The translations under genes and the position numbers were made by a program. Under the pieces are notes generated by a model, which was given only the letters and a program-made list of their open reading frames with translations, ran no database searches and was not told the DNA's origin. A stretch of DNA of 64,000 nucleotides, taken from positions 16,310-80,309 of the forward strand of contig CAYRMQ010000002.1 of NCBI GenBank assembly GCA_964425305.1, read 5' to 3'. Shown here piece by piece: positions 47,050 to 56,479 of the stretch (within the stretch, counting starts at the first letter, position 1; each line of letters opens with the position of its first letter). The DNA comes from an uncultured Anaerolineaceae bacterium (lineage in GTDB: Bacteria; Chloroflexota; Limnocylindria; Limnocylindrales; CSP1-4).

Positions 47050-48804
47050 ATGTGGCAACTCCCCAGCCCGCGCGACTTCGACTCGCTGCTCGACCTGCTC
47101 GACGACGCCGACCGCCGCTATGCGGGCAGGCCACAGCTGTCGCTGCGCACCGACGCCGGTCGCGAGCTCGACTGGAGCGCGCGCGAGCTCAACCACCGGG
47201 CCAGGCTCGTAGCCTGGCGCCTGCGCGCTCTCGGCCTACAACCCGGCGACCGGCTGCTGACCTGGAGCCCGTCCACGCCGGCTCTGCCGGCCGTCTACTT
47301 CGGCGCGATGTACGCCGGCGTGATCGTCGTGCCGCTCGACCTGCGCATGGCGCCGGAGGTCCTCCAGCGCATCGCCGCCGCGTCGGGCGCGCAGTGGCTG
47401 GCCGTCGGCACGGGCTACGACGCGCCGGACGTCGAGAAGGGCGGCCTCGCCCACCTCAACATCCGCACGGTAGAAGCGCTCTCCGCCGACCCGCCGCACC
47501 AGAGCGCCGCCGGTAGGGACGAGGGCGGCATCGACGAGGCCTTCCCCGACGACTGGCGGGAGCAGCTGGCGAGCTGGCCCCGACCCATACGCGACGACCT
47601 CTTCGAGGTCATCTACACCTCGGGTACGACCGGCACGCCAAAGGGCGTCATGCTCAACCACGGCTCGATCCTGTCGACGCTCGAGACGATCGCGCAGATC
47701 CTGCCGCCGCGGCCGCACCGGACGGTCTCGCTGCTGCCCGCCTCGCATCTCTTCGATCAGGCGCCGGTGCTGTTCTTCGGGACGATGATCGGCGCCGAGA
47801 TCATGTACCTCCGCTCGCGCACGCCGCGGGTCATCTTCGAGGCCCTCGCCGAGCAGCGCGTGACGACGATGGTCGTCGTGCCGCAACTTCTCCAGCTCTT
47901 CTGGAACGGCATCGAGCGCGAGGTCAAGCGGCAGGGCAAGGAGCGCCTCTTCAACGCCTCGCGCAGGATCGCCCGCTTCCTGCCCTATTGGGCTCGCCGC
48001 CTCCTGTTCCGGACCATCCATCGCCGGCTCGGCGGCCATCTGAACCTGTTCGTATCGGCCGCCGCCTACCTGCCGCCGTCGCTGCAGGAGGCATGGCAGA
48101 GCCTGGGCGTCATCGTCCTGCAGGGCTACGGCGCGACGGAGTGCGGGCCGGTCGCCGCAACGTCCGAGAAGGACCACCCGACGGGCACGGTCGGCAGGCC
48201 GCTGGCGCCGGTGCAGGTACGCCTCGACGACAAGACCAACGAGATCCTCGTCGCCGGACCGACGCTCTTCCAGGGCTACTGGCAGGACCCCGAGGCGACG
48301 GCGGCGGTGATGAGCGACGGCTGGTACCACACCGGCGACGTGGGCCGCTTCGACGAGCGCGGCAACCTCTTCCTGACCGGCCGGACGAAAAACATCATCG
48401 TGCTGCCCAACGGGCTCAACGTCTATCCCGAGGACATCGAGAACGTGCTCGAGGACGTCGGGCTGGCGCAGGCCGTCGTGCTCGAGACCGCCCCCGGCCG
48501 GATCGAGGCCGTCGTCCTCTCGCCCGACGCGCCGCCGATGATCACGCCCAGCAACCCAGCTCCCGATCCGCCCGAGACAGACGAGGAGAAAGCCGAGCTG
48601 GCCCGGCGCATCTCGGCCCTAATCAAACAGGCCAACAGTCGACTCGGCCAGCACCAGCGTATCGACGGCTGGCGCCTCTGGCCGGAGGCCGACTTCCCGC
48701 GCACGCACACCCTCAAGATCAAGCGCACCGAGGTCCACCAGTGGGCAGCCTCCGACGCGTCGATCCCGCTGCAGGAGCAGGACGAGCAGACGACGCGCGC
48801 CTAG
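47050..48804 (+). CDS. AMP-dependent synthetase/ligase (long-chain acyl-CoA synthetase-like)
   Basis: 584 aa. AMP-binding motif IYTSGTTGTPKGVML, plus GYGATE and TGD..RFDERGNLFLTGRTKNIIV. Confidence 0.88.
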   Translation: MWQLPSPRDFDSLLDLLDDADRRYAGRPQLSLRTDAGRELDWSARELNHRARLVAWRLRALGLQPGDRLLTWSPSTPALPAVYFGAMYAGVIVVPLDLRMAPEVLQRIAAASGAQWLAVGTGYDAPDVEKGGLAHLNIRTVEALSADPPHQSAAGRDEGGIDEAFPDDWREQLASWPRPIRDDLFEVIYTSGTTGTPKGVMLNHGSILSTLETIAQILPPRPHRTVSLLPASHLFDQAPVLFFGTMIGAEIMYLRSRTPRVIFEALAEQRVTTMVVVPQLLQLFWNGIEREVKRQGKERLFNASRRIARFLPYWARRLLFRTIHRRLGGHLNLFVSAAAYLPPSLQEAWQSLGVIVLQGYGATECGPVAATSEKDHPTGTVGRPLAPVQVRLDDKTNEILVAGPTLFQGYWQDPEATAAVMSDGWYHTGDVGRFDERGNLFLTGRTKNIIVLPNGLNVYPEDIENVLEDVGLAQAVVLETAPGRIEAVVLSPDAPPMITPSNPAPDPPETDEEKAELARRISALIKQANSRLGQHQRIDGWRLWPEADFPRTHTLKIKRTEVHQWAASDASIPLQEQDEQTTRA

Positions 48805-49322
48805 CGCACCACCTGGATCGGCTGGCCGACCGAGCGGACGGCGTCGAAGGCAATGCCCGCCTGCTCGGGATCGGACGATCGCGAGGGCGACCACCAGGTG
48901 AAGACGAGCGTGCTGCCGACCTGGCTCAGCGCGAACTGGGCGTCGCGCGGGTAGTTGGTCTGGCCGACGCCCGTGCCAAGGTAGTCGGCGAAGGCGCGGC
49001 CGGCGCGGCTCGCGGCGTCGGCCGAGCCCAGTTCGTAGATCAGCACGCGACCTTCGTCGGGGCCGGCGAGCGGGACGCGGTAGACGGCGCGCGGAGCGGC
49101 CTGCACGACCGCCGGCTCACCGGGCCGGTAGTCGACCGGCGAGCGCTGCAGCCTCATGCCGACCTCGCCCAGGCGCGCTTCGAGCACGGCTGCGGTCGAG
49201 GCGACGGCCGGAGTCAGCGAGGCGATCGGGGCGCCCGGCGTCGCGCCCGGATCGACCGGCGCGGCGCATGCGCCGGCAGCCAGCATCAGCGCCAGCAGCG
49301 TCGCTCGCGCCGCCCGGCTCAC
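48801..49322 (-). CDS. secreted protein or lipoprotein, hypothetical
   Basis: 173 aa. MSRAARATLLALMLAAGAC signal with a lipobox-like sequence. Confidence 0.6.
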   Translation of the reverse strand: MSRAARATLLALMLAAGACAAPVDPGATPGAPIASLTPAVASTAAVLEARLGEVGMRLQRSPVDYRPGEPAVVQAAPRAVYRVPLAGPDEGRVLIYELGSADAASRAGRAFADYLGTGVGQTNYPRDAQFALSQVGSTLVFTWWSPSRSSDPEQAGIAFDAVRSVGQPIQVVR

Positions 49323-49672
49323 CCCGGCGGCCAGCCCAGCGAGCGCCCGCCGAGCAGGTGGAAGTGGAGGTGGTTGACGCTCTGGCCGGCGCCCGGGCCG
49401 GCGTTCGTCACCAGCCGGAAGCCGCGCTCGACGACGCCCGCCTCACGCGCCACCCGCGCAGCCGCGGCGAACAACCGGCCGAGCAGCGGCCCGTGCTCAT
49501 CGGCCAGCTCGGCTGCCGACGCGATGTGGTCGCGCGGGATGAGCAGCACGTGCGTCGGTGCCTTGGGCGAGATGTCGCGGAAGGCAATCACCTGGTCGTC
49601 GCTGAAGACGACGTCCGCCGGTATCTCCTCCCGCGCGATCTTGCAGAAGAGGCAGTTCTCGTCGTAGGCCAT
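49319..49672 (-). CDS. HIT-family (histidine triad) hydrolase
   Basis: ATG 49672. MAYDENCLFCKI and the HLHFHLLGG triad. Confidence 0.9.
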   Translation of the reverse strand: MAYDENCLFCKIAREEIPADVVFSDDQVIAFRDISPKAPTHVLLIPRDHIASAAELADEHGPLLGRLFAAAARVAREAGVVERGFRLVTNAGPGAGQSVNHLHFHLLGGRSLGWPPG

Positions 49673-49712
49673 GGCCAGATGGTAAGCCGCGGCTCTCAAG
49701 AGGCGCGGCGGA

Positions 49713-50183
49713 TCAGGCCCCCGGCTTGGCCGACATCAGGAAGGCGATCAGTCCCACCGCCGCCGCCATCAGGTAGCTGACGTAGCGCTGGCGGCGGGCC
49801 CGCGTGCGCCAGATCGCGAGCTCCTTGTCTGTCGGATCGGCGCGCATGCCGAGCAGCCGGCGCAGGCCCGGCCGCTGGACGAAGAAGGCCAGCCCCAGAT
49901 TGGCCGCGTAGATGCCCAGCGCCAGCAGCAGCCACGGCTGGGTGAGCAGCTGCGGGCCGAGGATGAGCAGCATCAGCACGCCGGTTATCGCCAGGCCGGC
50001 GCCTATGACGACCGTGCCGTGGCTGTGCAGGAAGAGCAGCGCCCGCGACAGGCGACCGTGAGCGCCGCCCGACGGTCCGCGGTTGCGCAGGCCGAACGGC
50101 AGCAGCAGGCTGGGCAGGAAGAGCGCCACCGCCAGGGCGACGTGGATGGCCAGCAGGAGCGGGAAGAGCGCTTGCAGGTTCAT
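49713..50183 (-). CDS. integral membrane protein (DUF2269-like)
   Basis: 156 aa with four hydrophobic segments. ATGA overlap with prmA. Confidence 0.65.
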   Translation of the reverse strand: MNLQALFPLLLAIHVALAVALFLPSLLLPFGLRNRGPSGGAHGRLSRALLFLHSHGTVVIGAGLAITGVLMLLILGPQLLTQPWLLLALGIYAANLGLAFFVQRPGLRRLLGMRADPTDKELAIWRTRARRQRYVSYLMAAAVGLIAFLMSAKPGA

Positions 50184-51142
50184 CGGTCGTCGCGGGCAAG
50201 ATCGAGCGTAACCCAGTCTCTTTCCCTGCGACGGCCGACGACCCGCGCACCGGCCGATTCGAAGGCGCGGGCGACCTCTTCATCGCGGTCGACGAAAATG
50301 CCGCCGAGCAGTAGCCGACCATCCGCCCGCACGACGGCAACGAGCTCCTCGGCCAGGTCGACCAGGATGCCGGCAACGAGGTTGGCCACAACCAGGTCGT
50401 ACTGCCCAGACTCGGCCAGCGGCAGGCTTCCCCGGCACGCCGTCAGGCGGCCTTCGATGCCGTTGCGAGCGGCGTTGTCGAGCGTCGTCTGGACGGCGAC
50501 GGGATCGGTGTCGACAGCGAGCACCTCGGCCGCGCCGAGCAGCGCGGCACAGATGCCGAGGATGCCCGAGCCGCAGCCGACGTCGAGCATGCTGGCGCCG
50601 TCCAGCAGGCCGGCGTCGGCCCACGCCTCGATGCCGGCCAGGCACAGGCCCGTCGTCGGATGCAGCCCGGTTCCGAAGGCCATGCCCGGATCGAGCGCGA
50701 TGACGACCTCGCCCGCCGCCGGCTCGTGCTCGCGCCATGTCGGCACGACGACGATGCGCCGGCCCACATGCAGGACCGGGAAGTGCTGCTTCCAGGCCTC
50801 GGCCCAGTCCTCCTCGTGGACGACGCGCGTGTGCAGCTCGCCGATCGGCCGCAGCCCGAACGCCTGCAGGTGGCCGAGCTCGCGCGCGGCGCGAGCGACG
50901 GCGGCGCCGACGACCGCCGGGTCAAGGGCGCTGACGTAGCCGCGCACGATCGCCGGCTGAGACGGATCGGCGCGCGCGCCGAGGCCCTCGTCGACGAGCT
51001 CGAAGGGCGTCTCGACGGCAACGCCGCCGGCACACACGCGCGAGAGGATCTCGCTGACCGCCTCGACCGCCTCGGGATCGGCGCTGACGGACAGCTCGAC
51101 CCAGCTGCCGGCGGCGCTCGAACCGTCAGGCGGCTCGGTCAG
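50180..51142 (-). CDS. prmA: ribosomal protein L11 methyltransferase (probable CTG start)
   Basis: SAM motif MLDVGCGSGIL and FGTGLHPTT. The conserved N-terminus SWVELSVSADPEAVEAVSEIL is encoded upstream of the first canonical start (GTG 51037). CTG 51142 forms CTGA with the dnaJ stop. Confidence 0.85.
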   Translation of the reverse strand: MTEPPDGSSAAGSWVELSVSADPEAVEAVSEILSRVCAGGVAVETPFELVDEGLGARADPSQPAIVRGYVSALDPAVVGAAVARAARELGHLQAFGLRPIGELHTRVVHEEDWAEAWKQHFPVLHVGRRIVVVPTWREHEPAAGEVVIALDPGMAFGTGLHPTTGLCLAGIEAWADAGLLDGASMLDVGCGSGILGICAALLGAAEVLAVDTDPVAVQTTLDNAARNGIEGRLTACRGSLPLAESGQYDLVVANLVAGILVDLAEELVAVVRADGRLLLGGIFVDRDEEVARAFESAGARVVGRRRERDWVTLDLARDDR

Positions 51143-52302
51143 CTGATGGCGTCCTTGAGCCGGTCGCGCAGGCCGGCCTTGCGCCGGCTGCCACGCCGAG
51201 CGGTCGGGGCGCCTTCGCCGGCTGCCTCACGCTCGCCGCTCTCGGCCGCCAGCTCCTCGAGCAGCTCGCGCTGGCGGGCCGAGAGGCGCGACGGGATGCG
51301 CACGTCGACGAGGACGTGCACGTCACCGCGCACGCCGGCCCGCCGGAGGTGGGGCACGCCGCGGCCGCGCAGCCTGATCTCCGTGCCGGGCTGGGTGCCC
51401 GGCTTGATCTCGATCTCCTCCTCGCCGTCGGCGGTCGGCACGGTCATGCGTGCGCCGAGCGCCGCCTGCGTGATCGACAGCGGCAGCTCGTAGTACAGCT
51501 CAGTGTCCTGCCGGCGCAACTGCGGGTGCGGCTCGACGTGGACGACGACGTAGAGGTTGCCCGGCGTGCCACCGCGCGGCGCTGCCTCGCCCTCGCCCGA
51601 CAGGCGCACCTGGTGGCCCTCGTCGATGCCCGCCGGGATCGTCACGCGCAGCGTCCGCTTGCGCTCGATTCGCCCGTCGCCGCGGCAGGTGTGGCAGGGC
51701 GTCTCGACGATCTTGCCCAGCCCGCGGCAGCGGTCGCAGACGCTGACGTTGATCATCTGGCCGAGCATCGTCGAGCGTACCTGGCGCAGCTCGCCGGAGC
51801 CACCGCAGACCGGACACGTGGCCGGGCTCGTGCCGGGCTCGGCACCCGAGCCGTTGCACGTGTCGCAGCGCACCAGCGAGGTGAACTCGATCTCCTTGTC
51901 GGCGCCGCTGATCGCCTCGGCGAAGGTCAGCCGCAGGTCGTAGCGCAGGTCGGCGCCGCTCGGCGTCCGCGCTCTGCGCATGCCCGCCGTCGCCGCCCCG
52001 CCGAAGAACGCGTCGAATAGGTCGCCAAAGCCCTGGAAGCCACCGAACGGGCCAAATCCCTCGGCGCCGAAGCCACCGCCCACGTCGGCCCGACCGAACA
52101 TGTCGTACGCCTGCCGGCGCTGCGGGTCGGACAGTACCTGGTAGGCCTCGTTGATCTCCTTGAAGCGGTGGTCCGCGCCGGGCTCGGTGTTGACGTCCGG
52201 GTGCCAGCGCTGGGCCAGCCGCCGGTACGCACGCTTGACCTCTTCGTCCGAGGCGCCGCGCGCTACGCCCAGGATCTCGTAGTAATCCCTCTGAGTCGCC
52301 AT
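51139..52302 (-). CDS. dnaJ: chaperone DnaJ
   Basis: ATG 52302. J-domain DYYEILGV...WHPD, a G/F region, and four CxxCxGxG zinc motifs. Confidence 0.96.
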   Translation of the reverse strand: MATQRDYYEILGVARGASDEEVKRAYRRLAQRWHPDVNTEPGADHRFKEINEAYQVLSDPQRRQAYDMFGRADVGGGFGAEGFGPFGGFQGFGDLFDAFFGGAATAGMRRARTPSGADLRYDLRLTFAEAISGADKEIEFTSLVRCDTCNGSGAEPGTSPATCPVCGGSGELRQVRSTMLGQMINVSVCDRCRGLGKIVETPCHTCRGDGRIERKRTLRVTIPAGIDEGHQVRLSGEGEAAPRGGTPGNLYVVVHVEPHPQLRRQDTELYYELPLSITQAALGARMTVPTADGEEEIEIKPGTQPGTEIRLRGRGVPHLRRAGVRGDVHVLVDVRIPSRLSARQRELLEELAAESGEREAAGEGAPTARRGSRRKAGLRDRLKDAIS

Positions 52303-52376
52303 GCGAGCTTCGAGTATAGGTCGGTGGCCGTCAGAACCTGTCGCTCCCGGGCAGGGCGCGACCCCATAATCAGGCG

Positions 52377-53384
52377 ATGGACCTCGATCGATTTCCACGC
52401 CAGCCGCTGCTCTTCGGGCCATCGCCGATCCAGTACCTCGAACGGCTGAGCGAGCATCTCGGCGGGCCGCAGATCTGGGCCAAGCGCGAGGACTGCAACA
52501 GCGGGCTGGCCTTCGGCGGCAACAAGACGCGCAAGCTGGAGTACCTCGCCGCCGACGCCCTCGCCCAGGGCTGCGACACCCTCGTGTCGATCGGTGGCGT
52601 ACAGTCCAACCACACCCGTCAGGTTGCCGCCACGGCCGCCCATCTCGGCCTGAAGGCGGTGCTGGTGCAGGAGAGCTGGGTCGACTGGCCCGACGCGGTC
52701 TATGACCGCGTCGGCAACATCCAGTTGAGCCGGATCCTGGGCGCCGACGTGCGCCTGGTCGAGGCCGGCTTCGGGATCGGCTTCAAGGAGAGCTGGGAGC
52801 AGGCGCTCGCCGACGTGCGCGAGCGCGGGGGCAAGCCCTACGCCATTCCGGCCGGCGCGTCGGACCATCCGCTCGGCGGGCTCGGCTTCGCGTCGTGGGC
52901 GATGGAGGTCGAGCGGCAGGAGCGCGAGCTGGGCGTGTTCTTCGACACCGTCATCGTCTGTTCGGTCACCGGCAGCACGCAGGCGGGGATGGTCGTCGGC
53001 TTCGCCGGGCAGGACCGGCCGCGGCGGGTGATCGGCGTCGACGCCTCGGCCAAGCCGGCCGAGACGCGCGCGCAGATCCTCAAGATCGCGCGGGCGACGG
53101 CGGAGCTGGTCGGGCTTGGGCGCGAGATCGGCGACGATGACGTGATCCTCGACGAGCGCTACCACGCCGGCATCTACGGCATCCCGGACCAGGCCACGAT
53201 CGAAGCCATTCGTCTGGCCGGCCGGCTGGAGGGGATGATCACCGATCCCGTCTACGAGGGTAAGTCGATGGCCGGGCTGATCGACATGGTCGAGCGTGGC
53301 GAAATCGAGCGTGAGTCGCACGTGCTCTACGCGCACCTCGGGGGCGCGCCTGCCCTCTCCGCCTACAGCGCGCGCGTGACCTGA
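52377..53384 (+). CDS. acdS: 1-aminocyclopropane-1-carboxylate deaminase
   Basis: 335 aa. Collinear with remembered Pseudomonas AcdS ([50 protein letters not shown]). Glu and Leu occupy the two positions that distinguish AcdS from D-cysteine desulfhydrase. Confidence 0.85.
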   Translation: MDLDRFPRQPLLFGPSPIQYLERLSEHLGGPQIWAKREDCNSGLAFGGNKTRKLEYLAADALAQGCDTLVSIGGVQSNHTRQVAATAAHLGLKAVLVQESWVDWPDAVYDRVGNIQLSRILGADVRLVEAGFGIGFKESWEQALADVRERGGKPYAIPAGASDHPLGGLGFASWAMEVERQERELGVFFDTVIVCSVTGSTQAGMVVGFAGQDRPRRVIGVDASAKPAETRAQILKIARATAELVGLGREIGDDDVILDERYHAGIYGIPDQATIEAIRLAGRLEGMITDPVYEGKSMAGLIDMVERGEIERESHVLYAHLGGAPALSAYSARVT

Positions 53385-53393
53385 CCGCCGCGC

Positions 53394-54638
53394 GTGCCGA
53401 CCGACCGAGCCCCGCTGACACTGTCCCGCCAGCAGACGCGCCGCTTCCTGGTGCGTCGCCACATGCTGGCGCCGCCGCGCTCGCTGCCTGCCGAGCCGGA
53501 GAGTGTCCTGGCCGTCATCGAGCGCCTGGGGTTGCTCCAGTTCGATCCGCTCGACGTGCCCGGCGCTCGCAACCACGATCTCGTGCTGCATGCGCGCATT
53601 GCTGGCTACCGGCGCGAGTGGTGCGACGGGTGGCTGTACGGCCGCGAGCGACGCCTCATCGAGCTCTACAACAAGAGCCTCAACATCGTGCCGGTGGCCG
53701 AGCTGCCCCACTACCGCCTGACGTGGGATCGCAACGCGCCGCGTTACGACGAAGGCATCCTGCGCGAGCAGTCGACCGTCGCGCAGGCGATCGTCGAGCG
53801 GATCACGGCCGAGGGACCGCTCTCGACGGCATCCTTCTCCGACCACGACCATGCCGTCGACTGGTGGTGGGCGCCGACGCGCGCAGCGCGGGCGGTGATG
53901 GAGGCGCTCTTCGTCAGCGGCCGCCTGGGTATCGCCCGGCGTGACGGCAACCGCCGCTTCTACGACCTGATCGAGCGGCTCGTTCCCGCCGACGTGCTCA
54001 CCCCGCGCGAGCCGGAGGAGGAACAGGTGCGCCATCGGCTGCTGTCGCGCTACCGGGCGACCGGGCTGACCACGCCGAGCGCGCAGGCGGAGGTGATGTA
54101 CAGCGCCGGCTCAGGCCCCGTCCGGCGGCAGATGACGGCGCAGCTCGTCGAGGAGGGGCTGCTGACGCCGGTCGAGGTCGAGGGCGTTAAAGGACCGCGC
54201 TACATCGTCGCCGACGAGCGGCCGCTGCTCGACGAGCAGTCGCCGGTGCCGCCCGCTGTCAGCTTCCTGGCGCCGCTCGATCCGCTGATGTGGGACCGGC
54301 GCCAGCTGCGCGAGCTGTGGGAGTTCGACTACCTGTGGGAGGTCTACGTGCCCGAGGCCAAGCGGCGCTGGGGCTACTACGTGCTGCCGATCCTCTTCGG
54401 CGATCGTTTCGTCGGTCGGATCGAGCCGCGCGTCGAGCGCAAGACGGGCACCCTGCGCGTGATCGGGCTGTCGTGGGAGAAGGGGTTCGTGCCGCGCCGC
54501 ACGGAGGGCTTCGTTGACGCGATGCGCGACGCCCTGCGTAACTACATGGCCTTCACCGGCACGAGCCGGGTCGAGTGGCCGTCGCCGAGCGTCGCCCGCC
54601 TCCTGGGCCAGCCAGGCCGACGCCACCGCGCGGCTTGA
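53394..54638 (+). CDS. YcaQ/AlkZ-like winged-helix DNA glycosylase family protein
   Basis: 414 aa with a GTG start. LGLLQFDPLDV, and WGYYVLPILFGDRFVGRIEPR near the C-terminus. Confidence 0.75.
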   Translation: MPTDRAPLTLSRQQTRRFLVRRHMLAPPRSLPAEPESVLAVIERLGLLQFDPLDVPGARNHDLVLHARIAGYRREWCDGWLYGRERRLIELYNKSLNIVPVAELPHYRLTWDRNAPRYDEGILREQSTVAQAIVERITAEGPLSTASFSDHDHAVDWWWAPTRAARAVMEALFVSGRLGIARRDGNRRFYDLIERLVPADVLTPREPEEEQVRHRLLSRYRATGLTTPSAQAEVMYSAGSGPVRRQMTAQLVEEGLLTPVEVEGVKGPRYIVADERPLLDEQSPVPPAVSFLAPLDPLMWDRRQLRELWEFDYLWEVYVPEAKRRWGYYVLPILFGDRFVGRIEPRVERKTGTLRVIGLSWEKGFVPRRTEGFVDAMRDALRNYMAFTGTSRVEWPSPSVARLLGQPGRRHRAA

Positions 54639-54659
54639 TGTGCGAAGGGAGGACCACTC

Positions 54660-55694
54660 GTGAGCTTTCGGCAGGCGGTTCTGGCCAGCGGCAGCAATCC
54701 CCAGCAGCTCGACGGCATCTTCGGCTGGGGCGGTAAGCGCGGCAGCGCCCCGGCGCCCTTCGATGCCGCCGATCCGCTCCGCCTCGCCGGCCCGCAGGGC
54801 AGCCACCCGCTGGCGGCCATTGCAATGGAGGAACTCGTTCGGCCGGCGAGCGACGGGCTCGACGGCGCCATCGAGGTCGACGGCGGCGTGCGCATCGGCG
54901 AGGGCATCCACGGCCGCATCCGGCTGACCGCCCGGCGCGACATCAACGCGCGCGGCGCCATCCTCCGCCTGGTCGGCGTCCGGCTGGCTGAGGAGAACCG
55001 CTCCTACGAGGAGCGCGACCGCGAGGGCCGCGTGACGCGCAGCGAGCACTGGGTCGAGGCCAACGGCAAGCTGTTCGAGCAGCTCCCCTTCAGCAGCCCG
55101 CCGCTGCCGGCGAGCGTGGCCGCCGGCCAGAGGTTCGATGCCGAGTTCACCATCCCCGCGCCGCGCCTCGGGCCGGTCTCGGCCCACCTCGGCAGCGCGC
55201 TGATCGCGTGGGCCGTCGAGGCGCGCTGGGACGTCACCATGCGCGGCGACGAGCGGCTGGCGACGCTCGTCCATGTCGCGCAGAACATCGACTACCTGCG
55301 CTCGGGCGCTGTCCGGCTGGCCCAGGGAGCGATGTTCGACGCGTGGCAGGAGGGCGACGCCACGATCGCCGTCAGGCCGCTGCCGCCGGCCGTCGCCGGC
55401 TCGGAGATCGAGGTCACCGTCAACTGGCCGAGCGCGGGCAGCGGCCGCGGCGCCCGCCTCGAGCTGCAGGCCGACGTGCAGGCACCCAACGGAGTCAGGG
55501 GCATCGTGCTGTGGTCGTCGGCGATGGATCCGGCGGCCTTCCGCCAGGGACTCACCGCGCGCCTGCCCATCCCGGCCGACGCGCCGCCGACGCTGGGAGC
55601 CCACGGTCTGGGCGTCAGCTACCGCATCCGCGCCCTGGTGGATCGCCCCCTTCGCCCGGACGTCGCCGTCGAGCGCGCAATCGCCGTGATGTAG
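54660..55694 (+). CDS. hypothetical protein with two arrestin-like/Spo0M-like beta-sandwich halves
   Basis: 344 aa with a GTG start. The pattern G..I.G.I.L.....I.ARGA.L.L.G followed by AG....F.IPA..GPVS recurs in both halves. The fold assignment is inferred. Confidence 0.55.
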   Translation: MSFRQAVLASGSNPQQLDGIFGWGGKRGSAPAPFDAADPLRLAGPQGSHPLAAIAMEELVRPASDGLDGAIEVDGGVRIGEGIHGRIRLTARRDINARGAILRLVGVRLAEENRSYEERDREGRVTRSEHWVEANGKLFEQLPFSSPPLPASVAAGQRFDAEFTIPAPRLGPVSAHLGSALIAWAVEARWDVTMRGDERLATLVHVAQNIDYLRSGAVRLAQGAMFDAWQEGDATIAVRPLPPAVAGSEIEVTVNWPSAGSGRGARLELQADVQAPNGVRGIVLWSSAMDPAAFRQGLTARLPIPADAPPTLGAHGLGVSYRIRALVDRPLRPDVAVERAIAVM

Positions 55695-55696
55695 CG

Positions 55697-56467
55697 CTAG
55701 CGCGCCAGCCGGCCGAAGGCCCAGATCGTCAGCGCCTGGGAGATGACGCCGACGACGGCGAGCGAGCCGACCGCCTGGACGATGATCACCCAGTCGTAGC
55801 CGGTGGTCATGATCGCGCGGATCGCCTCGATCAGGTAGGTGATCGGGTTCCAGTCGTTGACCACGCGCATCCACTCCGGCATGAGCTCGGCCGGCACGAA
55901 CGCCGTCGACATGAACACGACCGGGAACATCAGCAACGAGAACGTGCTCGTCGCCTGCTCGCTCTTGGTCAATAGTGCCGGCACGAAACTCAGCCCGGCG
56001 AAAGCCAGCCCGAAGACCCCCGCCAAGGCCATGATCAGCACGAAGCCGACGATGCCGGTCACGATCGTCGCCCCAAGCAACAGCGCGATCAAGAGCAGGA
56101 TCCCGGACATGGCCGCCGCCTGGAAGAAGAGCGGCACCATCTCGGCAGCCAGGATCGACCAGCGCCGCGTGGGCAGCGCCCGTAGCTTGTCCATGTAGCC
56201 GGTCCGGTACTCGACCAGCAGGCCGAAGCCTGACCAGGCGACGGCCATGAAAGCGGCGAAGACGACCTGGCCCGGCGCCAGGTACGCCAGGTAGCTCGTC
56301 TGACCGCCGAAGCCCGGCAGGCGCACGATCTCCTGGTACAGCTGGCTGAAGATCAGCAGCTGGATGAGTGGGAAGAAGAGGATGCTGATGTAGTTGGCCG
56401 GCACGCGGATGAACCGCCGCGTCGTGCGCAGGCCGAGGTGGTACGTCTCGTAGGCAAGCTCGGTCAT
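55697..56467 (-). CDS. ABC-2 type transporter permease
   Basis: 256 aa with six TM segments, immediately downstream of an ABC ATPase. Confidence 0.85.
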   Translation of the reverse strand: MTELAYETYHLGLRTTRRFIRVPANYISILFFPLIQLLIFSQLYQEIVRLPGFGGQTSYLAYLAPGQVVFAAFMAVAWSGFGLLVEYRTGYMDKLRALPTRRWSILAAEMVPLFFQAAAMSGILLLIALLLGATIVTGIVGFVLIMALAGVFGLAFAGLSFVPALLTKSEQATSTFSLLMFPVVFMSTAFVPAELMPEWMRVVNDWNPITYLIEAIRAIMTTGYDWVIIVQAVGSLAVVGVISQALTIWAFGRLAR

Positions 56468-56479
56468 CTCGCTACTCCC

